A DNA stretch of 63,096 nt from an uncultured Dehalococcoidales bacterium (GTDB lineage: Bacteria > Chloroflexota > Dehalococcoidia > GIF9 > AB-539-J10), in contig CAZDXE010000002.1 in NCBI GenBank assembly GCA_964509565.1, positions 1-63,096 of the forward strand, written 5' to 3'. The notes beneath the pieces were generated by a model. It saw only the letters and a program-made list of their open reading frames with translations. It made no database searches and had not been told where the DNA came from. A program made the position numbers and the translations under genes. This document shows, one piece after another, positions 9,862 through 20,096 of this stretch. Each line of letters opens with the position of its first letter. Within the stretch, counting starts at the first letter, position 1.

Positions 9862-10251
9862 CTATTTCTTAGTTACACCACGCCTTTGGCCTCTGCCAGC
9901 TACTGTTTTCCTTGCTCCCTTTTTACTGCGTGCATTAGTGCGCGTTCTCTGTCCATGAACCGGCAGGCCCATGCGATGCCTCGCCCCTCGCGTGCAACCA
10001 ATATCAATAAGCCGCTTTATATTAAACTGGACTTCCCGTCTCAGGTCACCCTCTACCTTATACTCCTTGTCAATAATATTGCGTAATTGGCCAACCTGCT
10101 CCTCGGTAAGGTCTTTAACCCTAATATCAGGATCAATACCAGTAGTACTTAGAGCTTTTTGGCTCAACGACGCACCAACACCATAAATGTATTGCAATGC
10201 TACTTTAATCGGTTTACCATTAGGAAGGTCTACACTAGCTATACGTGCCAC
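9862..10251 (-). CDS. rpsM: 30S ribosomal protein S13
   Basis: 129 aa. [12 protein letters not shown]...YIYGVG...[16 protein letters not shown] start. Confidence 0.97.
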   Translation of the reverse strand: MARIASVDLPNGKPIKVALQYIYGVGASLSQKALSTTGIDPDIRVKDLTEEQVGQLRNIIDKEYKVEGDLRREVQFNIKRLIDIGCTRGARHRMGLPVHGQRTRTNARSKKGARKTVAGRGQRRGVTKK

Positions 10252-10303
10252 TACTTAATCTCCACGATTTCCAAAAAGGTATTTGACGTTTTCATTGGAA
10301 GAG

Positions 10304-10417
10304 TTAACCTTGCCTCTGTTTATGCCTCGGATTCTCACAGATAACCCTGACAACACCTTTCCTTCTAACAATCTTACACTTTTTACACCGACGTTTAACT
10401 GAAGCACTTACTTTCAT
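10304..10417 (-). CDS. rpmJ: 50S ribosomal protein L36
   Basis: 37 aa, below the track cutoff. Hand translation: [37 protein letters not shown]. Canonical position between infA and rpsM. Confidence 0.95.
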   Translation of the reverse strand: MKVSASVKRRCKKCKIVRRKGVVRVICENPRHKQRQG

Positions 10418-10482
10418 TCCTAATCACCTGAAGTAAAACCCCACTATGATAAACTTTCCTGGTCACCTTGTCAAAGGTAGCA

Positions 10483-10701
10483 CTATTTAAGCCTATAGGT
10501 AATCCTGCCACGGCCCAAATCATAAGGAGAAAGTTCCACTAAAACTCTATCCCCTGGCAAAATCTTAATGTAATGTTTCCTCATCTTCCCTGAAATATGT
10601 GCCAATACTATGTGCCCGTTAGCTAATTCCACACGAAACACAGTGTTAGGTAAACACACAGTGACTTTGCCCTCGACTTCTATCTTCTCTTGCTTAGTCA
10701 T
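10483..10701 (-). CDS. infA: Translation initiation factor IF-1
   Basis: 72 aa. S1-like fold sequence IEVEGKV...FRVELANGH...[19 protein letters not shown]. Confidence 0.97.
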   Translation of the reverse strand: MTKQEKIEVEGKVTVCLPNTVFRVELANGHIVLAHISGKMRKHYIKILPGDRVLVELSPYDLGRGRITYRLK

Positions 10702-10709
10702 ACTTTCCC

Positions 10710-10892
10710 TTAAGTGAGTATTCCAGCTTTGTTATCAGTAATAGCAATACTATGCACAAGTTATATTGAATCTAGTCCACAAGTCCTGAACCCATGGCTC
10801 ACTCCCTTACTTAATTTACACAATATAGCTGCCAGAATCTTACCACATCGTTCCATGATTGCTATTCCCTCAGGAGATTTTACAATTACCAT
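10710..10892 (-). pseudogene. map: Methionine aminopeptidase (map) remnant with a large internal deletion
   Basis: ATG lies 1 nt after the adk stop. It encodes MVIVKSPEGIAIMERCGKILAAILCKLSKGVSHGFRTCGLDSI[24 protein letters not shown]. These are the MetAP N-terminus and C-terminus (compare ...FEHTIVIT..G..ILT) joined in frame, 61 codons in total. The catalytic core is absent. Confidence 0.85.
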
Positions 10893-10893
10893 C

Positions 10894-11568
10894 TTAATCA
10901 GAGGCTTTCACATCCGCTGTCATGAAAGGTTTAAGCGCAGAGATTATTTCCCCAGCTACGTTTTGTATTCCAATATTGCCGTTGATTTCAATCAGCTTTC
11001 CCTGTTTCTTATAATAATCAACAATAGGCAAAGTTTGCTCAAAGAAAACTTTCAGCCGCTCTTTCACCGTTTCCTCTTTATCATCGGTACGCTGATACAA
11101 TTCGCCACCACACTTATCGCATTTCCCCGCTACTCTGGATGGAGCAGCTGCCAGATGGTAAGGCGCCTGGCAATTTCGGCAAATCCAGCGCCCACTAAGA
11201 CGTTTTATAAGTTCTTCCTGCGGTACACGTATATACACTGATTTATCTATGCTTTTCCCTTGTTCTGCGAGAGCTTTATCTAAAGCCTCGGCTTGTTCTA
11301 AAGTCCGTGGAAACCCATCAAAAACACAGCCCGAAGCACAATCAGACAGTCCTATTCTCTCCAGGATCATATTAATCGCTATTTCGCTGGGACCCAACTC
11401 CCCTCTTTCCATGTAAGATTTAGCCAGGAGTCCCAGTTCAGTCTTTTCCTCCAATGCCTGCCGAAATAAATCTCCAGAGGCTACATGAGGTAAATTCAAT
11501 TTCCGACAAAGAATATTCGCTTGAGTTCCCTTGCCAGCCCCCGGAGCCCCCAATACAATGATATGCAT
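10894..11568 (-). CDS. adk: Adenylate kinase (zinc-lid type)
   Basis: 224 aa. P-loop GAPGAGKGTQA and a four-Cys lid CRNC...CDKCGGELYQRTDD. Confidence 0.96.
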   Translation of the reverse strand: MHIIVLGAPGAGKGTQANILCRKLNLPHVASGDLFRQALEEKTELGLLAKSYMERGELGPSEIAINMILERIGLSDCASGCVFDGFPRTLEQAEALDKALAEQGKSIDKSVYIRVPQEELIKRLSGRWICRNCQAPYHLAAAPSRVAGKCDKCGGELYQRTDDKEETVKERLKVFFEQTLPIVDYYKKQGKLIEINGNIGIQNVAGEIISALKPFMTADVKASD

Positions 11569-11579
11569 TTTACCTCCGT

Positions 11580-12896
11580 CTATTTCAGGAAACCCTCATA
11601 GCGGCGCATTGTTAGCTGAGATTCCAGTTGCTTCATAGTGTCCAAAGCAACACCAACGGCTATCAACATAGCAGTGCTTTGAATTGTTAATGCGGTAATA
11701 CCTGTAATATCTCTGACAACAAAAGGTATAAGCGCCACCAACGCCAAAAATAGAGCGCCTCCAAAGGTGAGATGCTTTATGACTCGATTCAAATAATCAG
11801 CGGTAGCCTTTCCCGGGCGAATCCCAGGTATAAAACCACCCTGCTGTTGCAAACTCTGCGGCAGATTCATTTGTTCAAATATGACCATGGTGTAAAAGAA
11901 TGCAAAGCCGATTACCAGGGTAAAATATAAACTTCTATAAATCAAGCCCAGAGGGAGAGCTACCTGGGGATTAAAAATTCGCATAATATTGCTAGCCAGG
12001 TTAGGATCATGGCCTACCGGACTGGCAAAGTAGCTCGCTATTGTTCCTGGAAACGTCATTAGAGCTATAGCAAAAATAAGAGGAATCATTCCTGCTGTGT
12101 TTACACGCAATGGAATATAAGTTGAGCCTGATTGTCGATACATGCGGCCACCACGAATAGTGCCACGCGCATATTGCACAGGAATACGGCGGTGAGCTTC
12201 GATAAATACGACAATGAGCACCAGTGTAGCCACAGCAACAATAATGAAAACAGTCAACCCTATAGGATCTCCCTTAGCCAGAAAAGCACGCCCGATCATA
12301 TCTGGCAAGCTAGCTATGATACCAGCAAAAATGATCATCGATATTCCATTGCCAATACCACGTTCAGTAATTAACTCGCCCAGCCAAACAAGGAATACTG
12401 TGCCCGCAGTCAACGATGTCACTATAACAGCTACAGTTAGCGGCTCAACTTGTCCAATAGCCCCTTGGCTCCGCAATAAAGCAATCTGCCCGTAGCCTGA
12501 CGTGGCCGCTAAAGGCACGGTTAGCAAATGAGTGATACGATTGATTCTACGCTGGCCAGATTCCCCTTCGCGAGCAATGCTCTGAAGGGCAGGAATAACT
12601 GGAACTAACAATTGCATAATTATCGAGGCAGTTATATAAGGATATACACCTAAGGCAGCCACGCTAAATCTTTTCATGGCACCGCCACTGAAGAGATCAA
12701 GCATGCCTAAAATTTGATTCTGCTCAAATAACTTCTGTAACGCATCAATGTTTACTCCAGGCAAAGGAACATGGGCTACAAAACGAAAAATCATCAGCAA
12801 ACCCAGGGTAAAAAGAATTTTTTGCCTTAAATCCGGCAGGCTAAACACATCTTTCATTGCCCGGATAAGGCGGGGTTGAGTTTCTTTACGCTGCAC
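11580..12896 (-). CDS. secY: Preprotein translocase subunit SecY
   Basis: 438 aa, 10 TM segments. DLRQKILFTLGLLMIFR and GISMIIFAGI motifs. An internal ATG (M14) is an alternative start. Confidence 0.96.
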   Translation of the reverse strand: MQRKETQPRLIRAMKDVFSLPDLRQKILFTLGLLMIFRFVAHVPLPGVNIDALQKLFEQNQILGMLDLFSGGAMKRFSVAALGVYPYITASIIMQLLVPVIPALQSIAREGESGQRRINRITHLLTVPLAATSGYGQIALLRSQGAIGQVEPLTVAVIVTSLTAGTVFLVWLGELITERGIGNGISMIIFAGIIASLPDMIGRAFLAKGDPIGLTVFIIVAVATLVLIVVFIEAHRRIPVQYARGTIRGGRMYRQSGSTYIPLRVNTAGMIPLIFAIALMTFPGTIASYFASPVGHDPNLASNIMRIFNPQVALPLGLIYRSLYFTLVIGFAFFYTMVIFEQMNLPQSLQQQGGFIPGIRPGKATADYLNRVIKHLTFGGALFLALVALIPFVVRDITGITALTIQSTAMLIAVGVALDTMKQLESQLTMRRYEGFLK

Positions 12897-13340
12897 TTAT
12901 ATCCTCTCCACCTTCCCCCCAGCGGCGACGATTTTTCTCTCTGCCGCTGCAGAGAATTTGTTAGCTTTGACTACCAAAGAGTGTTGAACATCACCACCAC
13001 CAAGAATTTTAGTGGGGCGGTTGAGAGACTTAATCGATCCTGTTTTCAGTAGCTCTTCCGCGTTTACCTCGCTCCCCGAAGGAAAACTATCGAGCTCACC
13101 CACATTAACGATATTATATTCACTTTTGAAAATGTTAGTGAAGCCCCTTTTCCTCGGCAAACGCCTTATAAGGGGTAATTGGCCGCCTTCGAATCCAATG
13201 CGCACACCACCTCCGGAGCGAGATTTCTGCCCTTTACAACCACGCCCTGAATAAGTGCCATGACCACTGCCATCGCCTCTGCCCACTCGTTTTCTCTTAT
13301 GCTTAGCACCCAAAGGAGGTTTTAATTCACTCTGTTTCAT
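12897..13340 (-). CDS. rplO: 50S ribosomal protein L15
   Basis: 147 aa. [20 protein letters not shown] motif. Confidence 0.97.
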   Translation of the reverse strand: MKQSELKPPLGAKHKRKRVGRGDGSGHGTYSGRGCKGQKSRSGGGVRIGFEGGQLPLIRRLPRKRGFTNIFKSEYNIVNVGELDSFPSGSEVNAEELLKTGSIKSLNRPTKILGGGDVQHSLVVKANKFSAAAERKIVAAGGKVERI

Positions 13341-13875
13341 TCACATCCTCTTCTTGAATTTCAAGGTTAAGCCCACCATCAGTCTCAACCTCCCCAGTTT
13401 CCCTTAAGTTTGACAAGGCAAGCATGGTCGCCTTAATTACATTAATCTGATTGCGGCTACCCAGAGATTTACTAATAATATCCTTTATGCCTGCCAATTC
13501 AAGCACTGCTCGAATAGCATTGCTTGCAACTATGCCAGTACCTGGCGCCGCCGGCTTGAGTAAAACCTTAGATGCTCCAAACTTAGCTAAAATTTCATGG
13601 GGAATAGTAGTACCGGCGCCAGGTACTTCAATTAACTTTTTCCGCCCTGCAGCGCTTGCTTTGTGAATTGCATCAGGAACACCAGCAGCTTTAGCTATGC
13701 CAACCCCCACATGCCTTTTCCCATCGCCAACCACCATTAAAGCCCTGAAGCGAAGTCTCTTGCCGCCCTTAACTACTTTAGTTACGCGGTTAAGTTTTAT
13801 TAACTTCTCCTCTAATTCCAGCTCTGGAACTTCAATTCTAGCTCTCTTACCAACCATTTTAGTAACTGCTTTCAT
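13327..13875 (-). CDS. rpsE: 30S ribosomal protein S5 (acidic C-terminal extension)
   Basis: 182 aa. [24 protein letters not shown]. Overlaps rplO by 14 nt, and no rpmD lies between them. Confidence 0.96.
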   Translation of the reverse strand: MKAVTKMVGKRARIEVPELELEEKLIKLNRVTKVVKGGKRLRFRALMVVGDGKRHVGVGIAKAAGVPDAIHKASAAGRKKLIEVPGAGTTIPHEILAKFGASKVLLKPAAPGTGIVASNAIRAVLELAGIKDIISKSLGSRNQINVIKATMLALSNLRETGEVETDGGLNLEIQEEDVNETE

Positions 13876-13928
13876 AAATAGACCTCTTATGTTTTGCTTA
13901 ACTCAACAAGGCTATAAATTACACCACC

Positions 13929-14294
13929 TCAAAACAAAAGCCCAACTTGCCTGGTAGCCTCAGCGAAAGCCTTAACTCTGCCATGATATTTATAGCCACC
14001 ACGATCAAAAACCACGCTACTAACTCCTTTGCCTAACGCCCTTCGCGCAAGTAATGAGCCCACAAGTTCAGCCTTCTTAGTTTTCGACATTTGCTCAGTT
14101 TCATCTTTTACCTCAGCATCAAGAGTACCCGCTGCAACTAAGGTTCGGCCCGTAGAATCATCTATAATTTGGGCATAGAAATGGTTCGAACTTCGGAAGA
14201 CACATACTCGAGGGCGCAAGGCTGTACCAGTTACCTTTTTCCTTACCCTCTTATGGCGTATCTTCCGAATCAATCTTGCATCTGTCTTAGCCAT
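13929..14294 (-). CDS. rplR: 50S ribosomal protein L18
   Basis: 121 aa. RPRVCVFRSSNHFYAQIIDD...FDRGGYKYHGRVKAFAE. Confidence 0.97.
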   Translation of the reverse strand: MAKTDARLIRKIRHKRVRKKVTGTALRPRVCVFRSSNHFYAQIIDDSTGRTLVAAGTLDAEVKDETEQMSKTKKAELVGSLLARRALGKGVSSVVFDRGGYKYHGRVKAFAEATRQVGLLF

Positions 14295-14300
14295 ACTATA

Positions 14301-14852
14301 TCACTCTCCAGACGCTCTACCAGCTTTACCAGGTTTAAGACGCAGTTTCTCTCCAGCTAATTTGATTCCCTTTCCCTTATAATGGTCACTAGGACGTATA
14401 GCTCGAATTCTGGCTGTTACTTCGCCAACAACTTCTCTATCAATGCCACTAATACAAACGCGGTTCGTCCCCTCAACAGTTACATCAACATTAGGTGGAG
14501 GAGAAAATTTCACAGGATGACTATATCCCACCTGAAGCTCTAAGTTATCGCCAATCCTCTGGGCTCTGTAACCTATGCCATTTATTTCTAAAACTTGCTC
14601 AAAGCCCTTGCTCACTCCCTCAACCATATTAGCCAAAAGGCTGCGAGTAAGCCCATGCAGGGCACGATCAATTCTGTTATCGCTAGTCCGTGTCACAAGC
14701 AATTTCCCATCCTTCAAAGCGATCAAAATAGCTGTGGGAAAACAACGATGCAATTCGCCTTTTTCCCCTTTTACTGTTACTTCGTTGTTATCCTCTACCT
14801 TTACCTCAACACCTTGAGGTATAACAATAGGAAGTGAGCCAACTCTAGACAT
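14301..14852 (-). CDS. rplF: 50S ribosomal protein L6
   Basis: 183 aa. SRVGSLPIVIPQGVEV...GIGYRAQ...GYSHPV. Confidence 0.97.
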   Translation of the reverse strand: MSRVGSLPIVIPQGVEVKVEDNNEVTVKGEKGELHRCFPTAILIALKDGKLLVTRTSDNRIDRALHGLTRSLLANMVEGVSKGFEQVLEINGIGYRAQRIGDNLELQVGYSHPVKFSPPPNVDVTVEGTNRVCISGIDREVVGEVTARIRAIRPSDHYKGKGIKLAGEKLRLKPGKAGRASGE

Positions 14853-14871
14853 CCATTCCTCCTAGATCAAC

Positions 14872-15267
14872 TTACCATACGTAACACAGGATTTCACCGC
14901 CAAGATGGCGTCGCCACGCCCCCTGACCAGCCATAATGCCTTTAGGTGTTGACAAAATAGCAATGCCCAAGCCTCCGTACACACGTGGAATTTCACGTCT
15001 TCCCACATAAATTCTCAAGCCAGGCTTGCTCACTCGCTCTAAACCCGATACAGCCGGCTGGTTATCTATATACCTAAGCTGAATTTTTATCATCGGCTGT
15101 GGTTTATCTTTAATAATCTCATAGCCATTAATAAAACTCTCTTCCTTAAGGATTTTGGCAATAGAAAGTTTTGTTCGGGAGGCAGGCACCAGCACATCGC
15201 TATGACGCACCATGATAGCATTGCGAATTCGAGTCAACATATCAGCGATTGAATCAGTAACTGCCAT
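14872..15267 (-). CDS. rpsH: 30S ribosomal protein S8
   Basis: 131 aa. [13 protein letters not shown]...GGEILCYVW. Confidence 0.97.
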   Translation of the reverse strand: MAVTDSIADMLTRIRNAIMVRHSDVLVPASRTKLSIAKILKEESFINGYEIIKDKPQPMIKIQLRYIDNQPAVSGLERVSKPGLRIYVGRREIPRVYGGLGIAILSTPKGIMAGQGAWRRHLGGEILCYVW

Positions 15268-15276
15268 AGAAACTCC

Positions 15277-15462
15277 TTACCAACTTGATTTCCTTACTCC
15301 AGGAATTTCGCCAGTCACAGCGAGTTCCCGGAAACAAATACGACATAAACCAAATTTGCGCATATAAGCACGTGGCCTGCCGCACAATTGACAACGGTTG
15401 TGTTGCTGTACTTTGTATTTCGGCGTTCTCTTTGATTTTACAATTTTAGACGTTTTAGCCAT
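15277..15462 (-). CDS. rpsZ: 30S ribosomal protein S14, type Z (zinc-binding)
   Basis: 61 aa from ATG 15462: [46 protein letters not shown]... (CxxC...CxxC). The track start at 15522 overlaps rplE. Confidence 0.96.
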   Translation of the reverse strand: MAKTSKIVKSKRTPKYKVQQHNRCQLCGRPRAYMRKFGLCRICFRELAVTGEIPGVRKSSW

Positions 15463-15463
15463 T

Positions 15464-16009
15464 TTAACCCTTCCTAAAAGGCATACCCATGAGTTCCAGC
15501 AAACTCCTGGATTCATCATCATTCTTAGCTGTAGTAACTACTGTCACCTGAAGACCACGAATTTTATCCACCTTAGCATAATCTATCTCAGGGAAAACTA
15601 TCTGCTCTCTTATGCCTAGATTATAGTTACCCTGACCATCAAAAGAGTCCGCTGTTATCCCACGAAAATCACGGAAACGCGGCAGGATAACATCAACTAA
15701 TTTAGAGAAAAAATCGTACATTCGCCTGCCTCGTAGCGTCACCATCATCCCGATAGGCATACCAGCCCTTACCTTAAAGGAAGCAACAGATTTTTTAGCA
15801 CGCGTGATCACAGGATGTTGCCCAGAGATTATGGTTAAATCTCTCTCCGCCGCTTCAATAACTTTTGGGTTTTGCGTTGCTTCGCCTAAGCCAATACTAA
15901 GCACAATCTTCTCCAGCTTGGGTAGCTGCATCACATTATCATATCCAAGACTAGCCTTGAGCTGAGGAACTATTTCTGTTAAATATCTCTCTTTCAACGC
16001 AGATGCCAT
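15464..16009 (-). CDS. rplE: 50S ribosomal protein L5
   Basis: 181 aa. [16 protein letters not shown]...[12 protein letters not shown]...[14 protein letters not shown]. Confidence 0.97.
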   Translation of the reverse strand: MASALKERYLTEIVPQLKASLGYDNVMQLPKLEKIVLSIGLGEATQNPKVIEAAERDLTIISGQHPVITRAKKSVASFKVRAGMPIGMMVTLRGRRMYDFFSKLVDVILPRFRDFRGITADSFDGQGNYNLGIREQIVFPEIDYAKVDKIRGLQVTVVTTAKNDDESRSLLELMGMPFRKG

Positions 16010-16011
16010 AT

Positions 16012-16329
16012 CTAGTCAATCACCTCGCCACAGGAATGGCAAACTCGAACTTTCCGACCATCATCAAGAAACCGAAAGCCTACACGAGTAGATTTACCAC
16101 ATTTATCACACACTAACATCACATCAGATACATGAAGTGGAGCTTCAAGCTCAATTATGCCACTTTGCCGAGCTTTACCACTAGTTCGCGAATGGCGCTT
16201 AATCATGTTAACTCCTTCCACTACTATCCTCTCACTCTTTGAGATAACATGACGCACTTTCCCCTTTTTCCCTTTATTCTTGCCAGCGATACAGATAACT
16301 GTATCCTCTTTCCTAATCTTCACTATCAA
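16012..16329 (-). CDS. rplX: 50S ribosomal protein L24 (with C-terminal CxxC...CxxC)
   Basis: 105 aa. [25 protein letters not shown] motif. GTG at 16323 is an alternative start. Confidence 0.95.
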   Translation of the reverse strand: MIVKIRKEDTVICIAGKNKGKKGKVRHVISKSERIVVEGVNMIKRHSRTSGKARQSGIIELEAPLHVSDVMLVCDKCGKSTRVGFRFLDDGRKVRVCHSCGEVID

Positions 16330-16694
16330 AGAACCTCTGGGGCCAAGGATATCACCTTGGCAAAATTCTTATCCCTGAGTTCACGAGCAACAGGTCCCAA
16401 AATACGGCTGCCTTGAGGATTATTTTTTTCGCCCAGAATGACCGCAGCATTTTCATCAAACCTGATATAGGAACCATCAACGCGGCAATAAGGTTTAGCT
16501 ACACGTACGACTACAGCTCGCACAACTTCCCCTTTCTTCACCATCCCGCGTGGTACAGCTCGTTTTACTGTAGCCACAATAATATCACCAACAGATGCAT
16601 ACCTTCTCCTGCTTCCGCCAAGCACGTTAATACACATAATTTCCTTGGCTCCAGTATTGTCAGCTACCTTAAGTCTAGTATAGGCCTGAATCAT
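16326..16694 (-). CDS. rplN: 50S ribosomal protein L14
   Basis: 122 aa. [22 protein letters not shown]. Confidence 0.98.
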   Translation of the reverse strand: MIQAYTRLKVADNTGAKEIMCINVLGGSRRRYASVGDIIVATVKRAVPRGMVKKGEVVRAVVVRVAKPYCRVDGSYIRFDENAAVILGEKNNPQGSRILGPVARELRDKNFAKVISLAPEVL

Positions 16695-16984
16695 TTTTCT
16701 CCGCTCCCCACTGATTCTATCTCAGATAACTCCCCCCTGGATATTATCTCTACCATTTGCCATCTCTTTTCCTTAGATAAGGGACGCGTCTCCACAATTT
16801 TTACTTTGTCTCCAACTTTACAGACATTGCCTTCATCATTAACTTTATATCTCTTGGTGCGCTTGACAGCTTTCTTATAAAGCGGGTGCCGCCTTACTGT
16901 TTCCACCACCACCACCACAGTTTTGTCCATCTTGTCACTCACCACCTGCCCCGTTCTAACTTTTCTCTTTCCTATGTAGTTCAT
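16691..16984 (-). CDS. rpsQ: 30S ribosomal protein S17
   Basis: 97 aa. [17 protein letters not shown]...HPLYKK...[14 protein letters not shown]. Confidence 0.97.
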   Translation of the reverse strand: MNYIGKRKVRTGQVVSDKMDKTVVVVVETVRRHPLYKKAVKRTKRYKVNDEGNVCKVGDKVKIVETRPLSKEKRWQMVEIISRGELSEIESVGSGEK

Positions 16985-17178
16985 TCTGCACCAAGCTCTC
17001 TTTCTCTCAAAATAGTCTTCATTCTAGCAATGTTCTTCTTAACTCTGGGAATCTCACAATGGTTAACCAGCTGTCGAGTTGCCAGACGGAAGCGAAGATT
17101 AAGAAACTCCTCACGAGAATCTTCCAGTTTTTTTAACAATTCCTCATCACTTAAAGCGCGAATTTGATCAGTTTTCAA
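16981..17178 (-). CDS. rpmC: 50S ribosomal protein L29
   Basis: 65 aa. [29 protein letters not shown]. Confidence 0.96.
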   Translation of the reverse strand: MKTDQIRALSDEELLKKLEDSREEFLNLRFRLATRQLVNHCEIPRVKKNIARMKTILRERELGAE

Positions 17179-17588
17179 CCCTCATTCTCCTTCATTACAA
17201 AACTAGCAGCAATAGGAAGTTTATAACAGGCAAGGCGCACTGCCTCCCGAGCCATATCCTTAGTTACATCGCCTAACTCAAACATAATTCTACCTCGTTT
17301 AACCACAGCCACCCAATGATCAGGAGCACCTTTGCCGCTACCCATCCTCGTTTCCGCTGGTTTTTTAGTTACACTCTTATCGGGGAAAATGCGTATCCAC
17401 AGCTGGCCTCTATGCATTAAACATCGTACCAGAACACGCCGCACTGCCTCAATTTGCTTCTCGGTTATCCATGCCGACTCATCAGCTCTTAAGCCAAAAT
17501 CGCCAAATGCGATAGTGACCCCCCTGTGCGCCGCCCCCTTCATTCGCCCCCTATGAACTTTGCGATACTTCACTCGTTTCGGCTGCAA
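17175..17588 (-). CDS. rplP: 50S ribosomal protein L16
   Basis: 137 aa. [20 protein letters not shown] start with GGGAGAA upstream, lying inside the 3' end of rpsC. Confidence 0.96.
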   Translation of the reverse strand: MQPKRVKYRKVHRGRMKGAAHRGVTIAFGDFGLRADESAWITEKQIEAVRRVLVRCLMHRGQLWIRIFPDKSVTKKPAETRMGSGKGAPDHWVAVVKRGRIMFELGDVTKDMAREAVRLACYKLPIAASFVMKENEG

Positions 17589-18234
17589 CGCTTTTCTCCC
17601 TTATTTTATTAGGAACAAAATCACCTCTATAAATCCAGACTTTGACTCCAATGCACCCCATCATGGTACTAGCTTCAGCAAAACCATAGCTGATATCAGC
17701 ACGTAATTTATGCAATGGCATTTGCCCCTGGTGGGACATCTCAGACCTAGCGATTTCACGTCCGCCAAGTCTTCCTGCACATCTTACCTTTACCCCTTTA
17801 GCCCCCGCTTGCATGGTTCTAAAGGCAGCCTGTTTCATAGCGCGACGAAAAGGTATTCTGCCTTCGATTCGGTCAGCTATACTTCGAGCCACCAGACAAG
17901 CCTCAAGTTCAGGCCGCTCAATTTCTCTGATAGTTAATCTAACTCTCTCACCGCTGATTCCTTCCAATTTTGCCCTCAGCGCTTCCACATTCTGCCCTCT
18001 CTTACCAATCAAAACACCAGGGCGGCCAGAGTAAAGAGTTAAGCATAACTCTCCGCCCGGCCGTTCAATTTCCAGCCGAGCAATATCCCCATTAGCACAC
18101 TCCTGTTTAACAACCCTGCGTAGCTTCAGATCATCCTGCAAAAACTGTGCGTAGTGCTTCCTGGCATACCACTTAGCATGCCAATCACATGTAATACCCA
18201 GTCTGAAACCATAAGGGTGAACTTTTTGTCCCAA
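17551..18234 (-). CDS. rpsC: 30S ribosomal protein S3
   Basis: 227 aa. [13 protein letters not shown]...KH domain...[15 protein letters not shown] start. Confidence 0.97.
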   Translation of the reverse strand: MGQKVHPYGFRLGITCDWHAKWYARKHYAQFLQDDLKLRRVVKQECANGDIARLEIERPGGELCLTLYSGRPGVLIGKRGQNVEALRAKLEGISGERVRLTIREIERPELEACLVARSIADRIEGRIPFRRAMKQAAFRTMQAGAKGVKVRCAGRLGGREIARSEMSHQGQMPLHKLRADISYGFAEASTMMGCIGVKVWIYRGDFVPNKIREKSVAAETSEVSQSS

Positions 18235-18235
18235 A

Positions 18236-18568
18236 CTACTTCTCCTCCACTAAAACTGTAATGTGGCTGGCTCGCTTCAAGATAGGGCTTATTCTTCCTC
18301 TGGATTTAGGCCGGAATCTCTTTAAAGTCCGCGCCTCACCAGCAAAAATGGCTGCAATCCTGAGGTCAGCAGGTGACATTTGGAGGTTGTTCTCTGCATT
18401 AGCAGATGCTGACTTAATCACTTTGGCTACAGCTTTAGCTGATGGGGTAGTCAAAAAGTTCAGCATAGTTAAAGCCTCATCAACTTTTTTACCTCTAACC
18501 CTATCTATCACCAGACGGACTTTCCGTGGTGAAACACCAACATCTTTAGCTACAGCTTTTACTTTCAC
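18236..18568 (-). CDS. rplV: 50S ribosomal protein L22
   Basis: 110 aa. SPRKVRLVIDRVRGKKVDEAL...GRISPILKRASHITV. Confidence 0.97.
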   Translation of the reverse strand: MKVKAVAKDVGVSPRKVRLVIDRVRGKKVDEALTMLNFLTTPSAKAVAKVIKSASANAENNLQMSPADLRIAAIFAGEARTLKRFRPKSRGRISPILKRASHITVLVEEK

Positions 18569-18574
18569 TGTAAT

Positions 18575-18862
18575 TTATCTCCCCGCCTGCGCAGTAATTT
18601 TAGCCTTAGTAACATGCCCTCTAAATGTTCGAGTGGGCGCAAATTCAGCCAGTTTGTATCCTACCATATTTTCAGTAATGAAAACGGGCATATGTTTCCT
18701 GCCATTGTGCACAGCAATGGTGTGCCCTATCATCTGCGGCAAAATAGTAGAGGCACGAGACCAAGTCTTTATCACTGTTTTCTCCCCTGAACTATTGAGC
18801 ACCTCTATCTTCTTGAGCAACTTGGCATCACAATAAGGGCCTTTCTTGCGTGATCGAGACAT
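18575..18862 (-). CDS. rpsS: 30S ribosomal protein S19
   Basis: 95 aa from ATG 18862: [12 protein letters not shown]...[32 protein letters not shown]. Confidence 0.97.
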   Translation of the reverse strand: MSRSRKKGPYCDAKLLKKIEVLNSSGEKTVIKTWSRASTILPQMIGHTIAVHNGRKHMPVFITENMVGYKLAEFAPTRTFRGHVTKAKITAQAGR

Positions 18863-18863
18863 T

Positions 18864-19688
18864 CTATTTCCTCCGCCTGACAATCATTTTATCTGATACT
18901 CTGCGACGCCGCGTTTTGTACCCCAATGCTGGTTTTGCCCACGGCGTTTTAGGGTGTTTTAATCCTATCGGCGATCTACCTTCACCACCCCCATGAGGAT
19001 GATCTCGAGGGGTCATAGCAGACCCTCGAACCGTAGGACGTATACCCAGCCACCTTTTACACCCAGCCTTGCCAAGCCTCATGTCCCCGTGATCAACATT
19101 CCCTATCTGCCCGATAGTAGCACGACATCTCTGATGAAATTTACGCAATTCGCCCGAAGGCAAACGAAGCACTACATACCCACTTTCTTTACTCATAACC
19201 TGGGCAGCTACGCCAGCACTGCGAACAAGCTGCCCTCGCTTGCCAGGAACAAACTCAATATTGTGAACCAGCGTACCTGGAGGGATCGAGCCTAGCGGTA
19301 AGGTGTTCCCAGGTTTTATCTCAACTTCGTCGCCAGCTATTATAACATCACCTATCCCAAGACCCAAAGGAGCAAGAATATAACGCTTTTCACCATCCAC
19401 GTAGTAAATTAAGGCAATCCGGGCTGACCTATTAGGATCATATTCAATGGTAGCTACCTTGCCAGGGATACCAAGCTTATCCCTGCTAAAATCGATAATA
19501 CGAAGTTTACGCTTACTTCCTCCACCCTGATGGCGTACCGTTATTACACCACGATTATTGCGCCCCGCTTTCTTTTTCAGGCGAACAAGCAAGGATTTCT
19601 CGGGTGCTACCTTGCTTAGATCTCCGAAATCCATCGCAACTTTACCTCTCCTGCCTGGAGAGGTTGGCTTATAAGTCTTTAATGCCAT
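18864..19688 (-). CDS. rplB: 50S ribosomal protein L2
   Basis: 274 aa from ATG 19688 ([14 protein letters not shown]...). The track TTG at 19712 adds 8 residues. [10 protein letters not shown] motif. Confidence 0.96.
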   Translation of the reverse strand: MALKTYKPTSPGRRGKVAMDFGDLSKVAPEKSLLVRLKKKAGRNNRGVITVRHQGGGSKRKLRIIDFSRDKLGIPGKVATIEYDPNRSARIALIYYVDGEKRYILAPLGLGIGDVIIAGDEVEIKPGNTLPLGSIPPGTLVHNIEFVPGKRGQLVRSAGVAAQVMSKESGYVVLRLPSGELRKFHQRCRATIGQIGNVDHGDMRLGKAGCKRWLGIRPTVRGSAMTPRDHPHGGGEGRSPIGLKHPKTPWAKPALGYKTRRRRVSDKMIVRRRK

Positions 19689-19809
19689 TTTTATTGGTGC
19701 TTCCTTTGCCAACGTGTTTTCTTGAGGAGCTTCTTATGATGATGCTTTGACATCATCTTCTTTCTCCATTTAACTACTGAACCCAAAATTCCACCTCTAT
19801 AATCATAAT

Positions 19810-20094
19810 TTAAACACCTTCAAAAAGGGTGATCTTAGATCCCGGTTCCAATCCAACTATGGCTTTCTTCCAGGATGGTCCCGTCACCTCTCGCCTGCCC
19901 ATTCGTTTCGTCTTCCCATGAACAATTATTACATTAACTTTGACCACCTTCACCTTAAAAGTCTTCTCCACCGCTTCTTTAATCTGATGTTTTGTAGCTC
20001 CATTAGCTACCTTAAAGACATATTTGTCCTCTTCTTTAAGCAAAGTAGTTTTTTCTGTAATTAAAGGACGTCTCAACACTTCATAAAGATGCAC
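19810..20094 (-). CDS. rplW: 50S ribosomal protein L23
   Basis: 94 aa. LRRPLITEKTT...YVFKVANGATKHQIKEAVEKTFKVKV. Confidence 0.97.
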   Translation of the reverse strand: MHLYEVLRRPLITEKTTLLKEEDKYVFKVANGATKHQIKEAVEKTFKVKVVKVNVIIVHGKTKRMGRREVTGPSWKKAIVGLEPGSKITLFEGV

Positions 20095-20096
20095 TT

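Noticed and set aside
10714-11241. 175-aa plus-strand ORF opposite adk and the map remnant. Similar long antisense ORFs occur at 18261..18836, 16413..16880, 46807..47382, 51044..51520 and others.
   Set aside because: They lie antisense to strongly recognisable genes and have low-complexity, Ser/Leu/Ile-rich composition with no recognisable motifs. These are typical shadow ORFs.
17551-17588. 38-nt overlap of rpsC and rplP as a possible frameshift or assembly error.
   Set aside because: Both proteins are full-length with normal termini. L16 has its own GGGAGAA RBS and a TTG start inside the S3 tail. This is a plausible genuine overlap.
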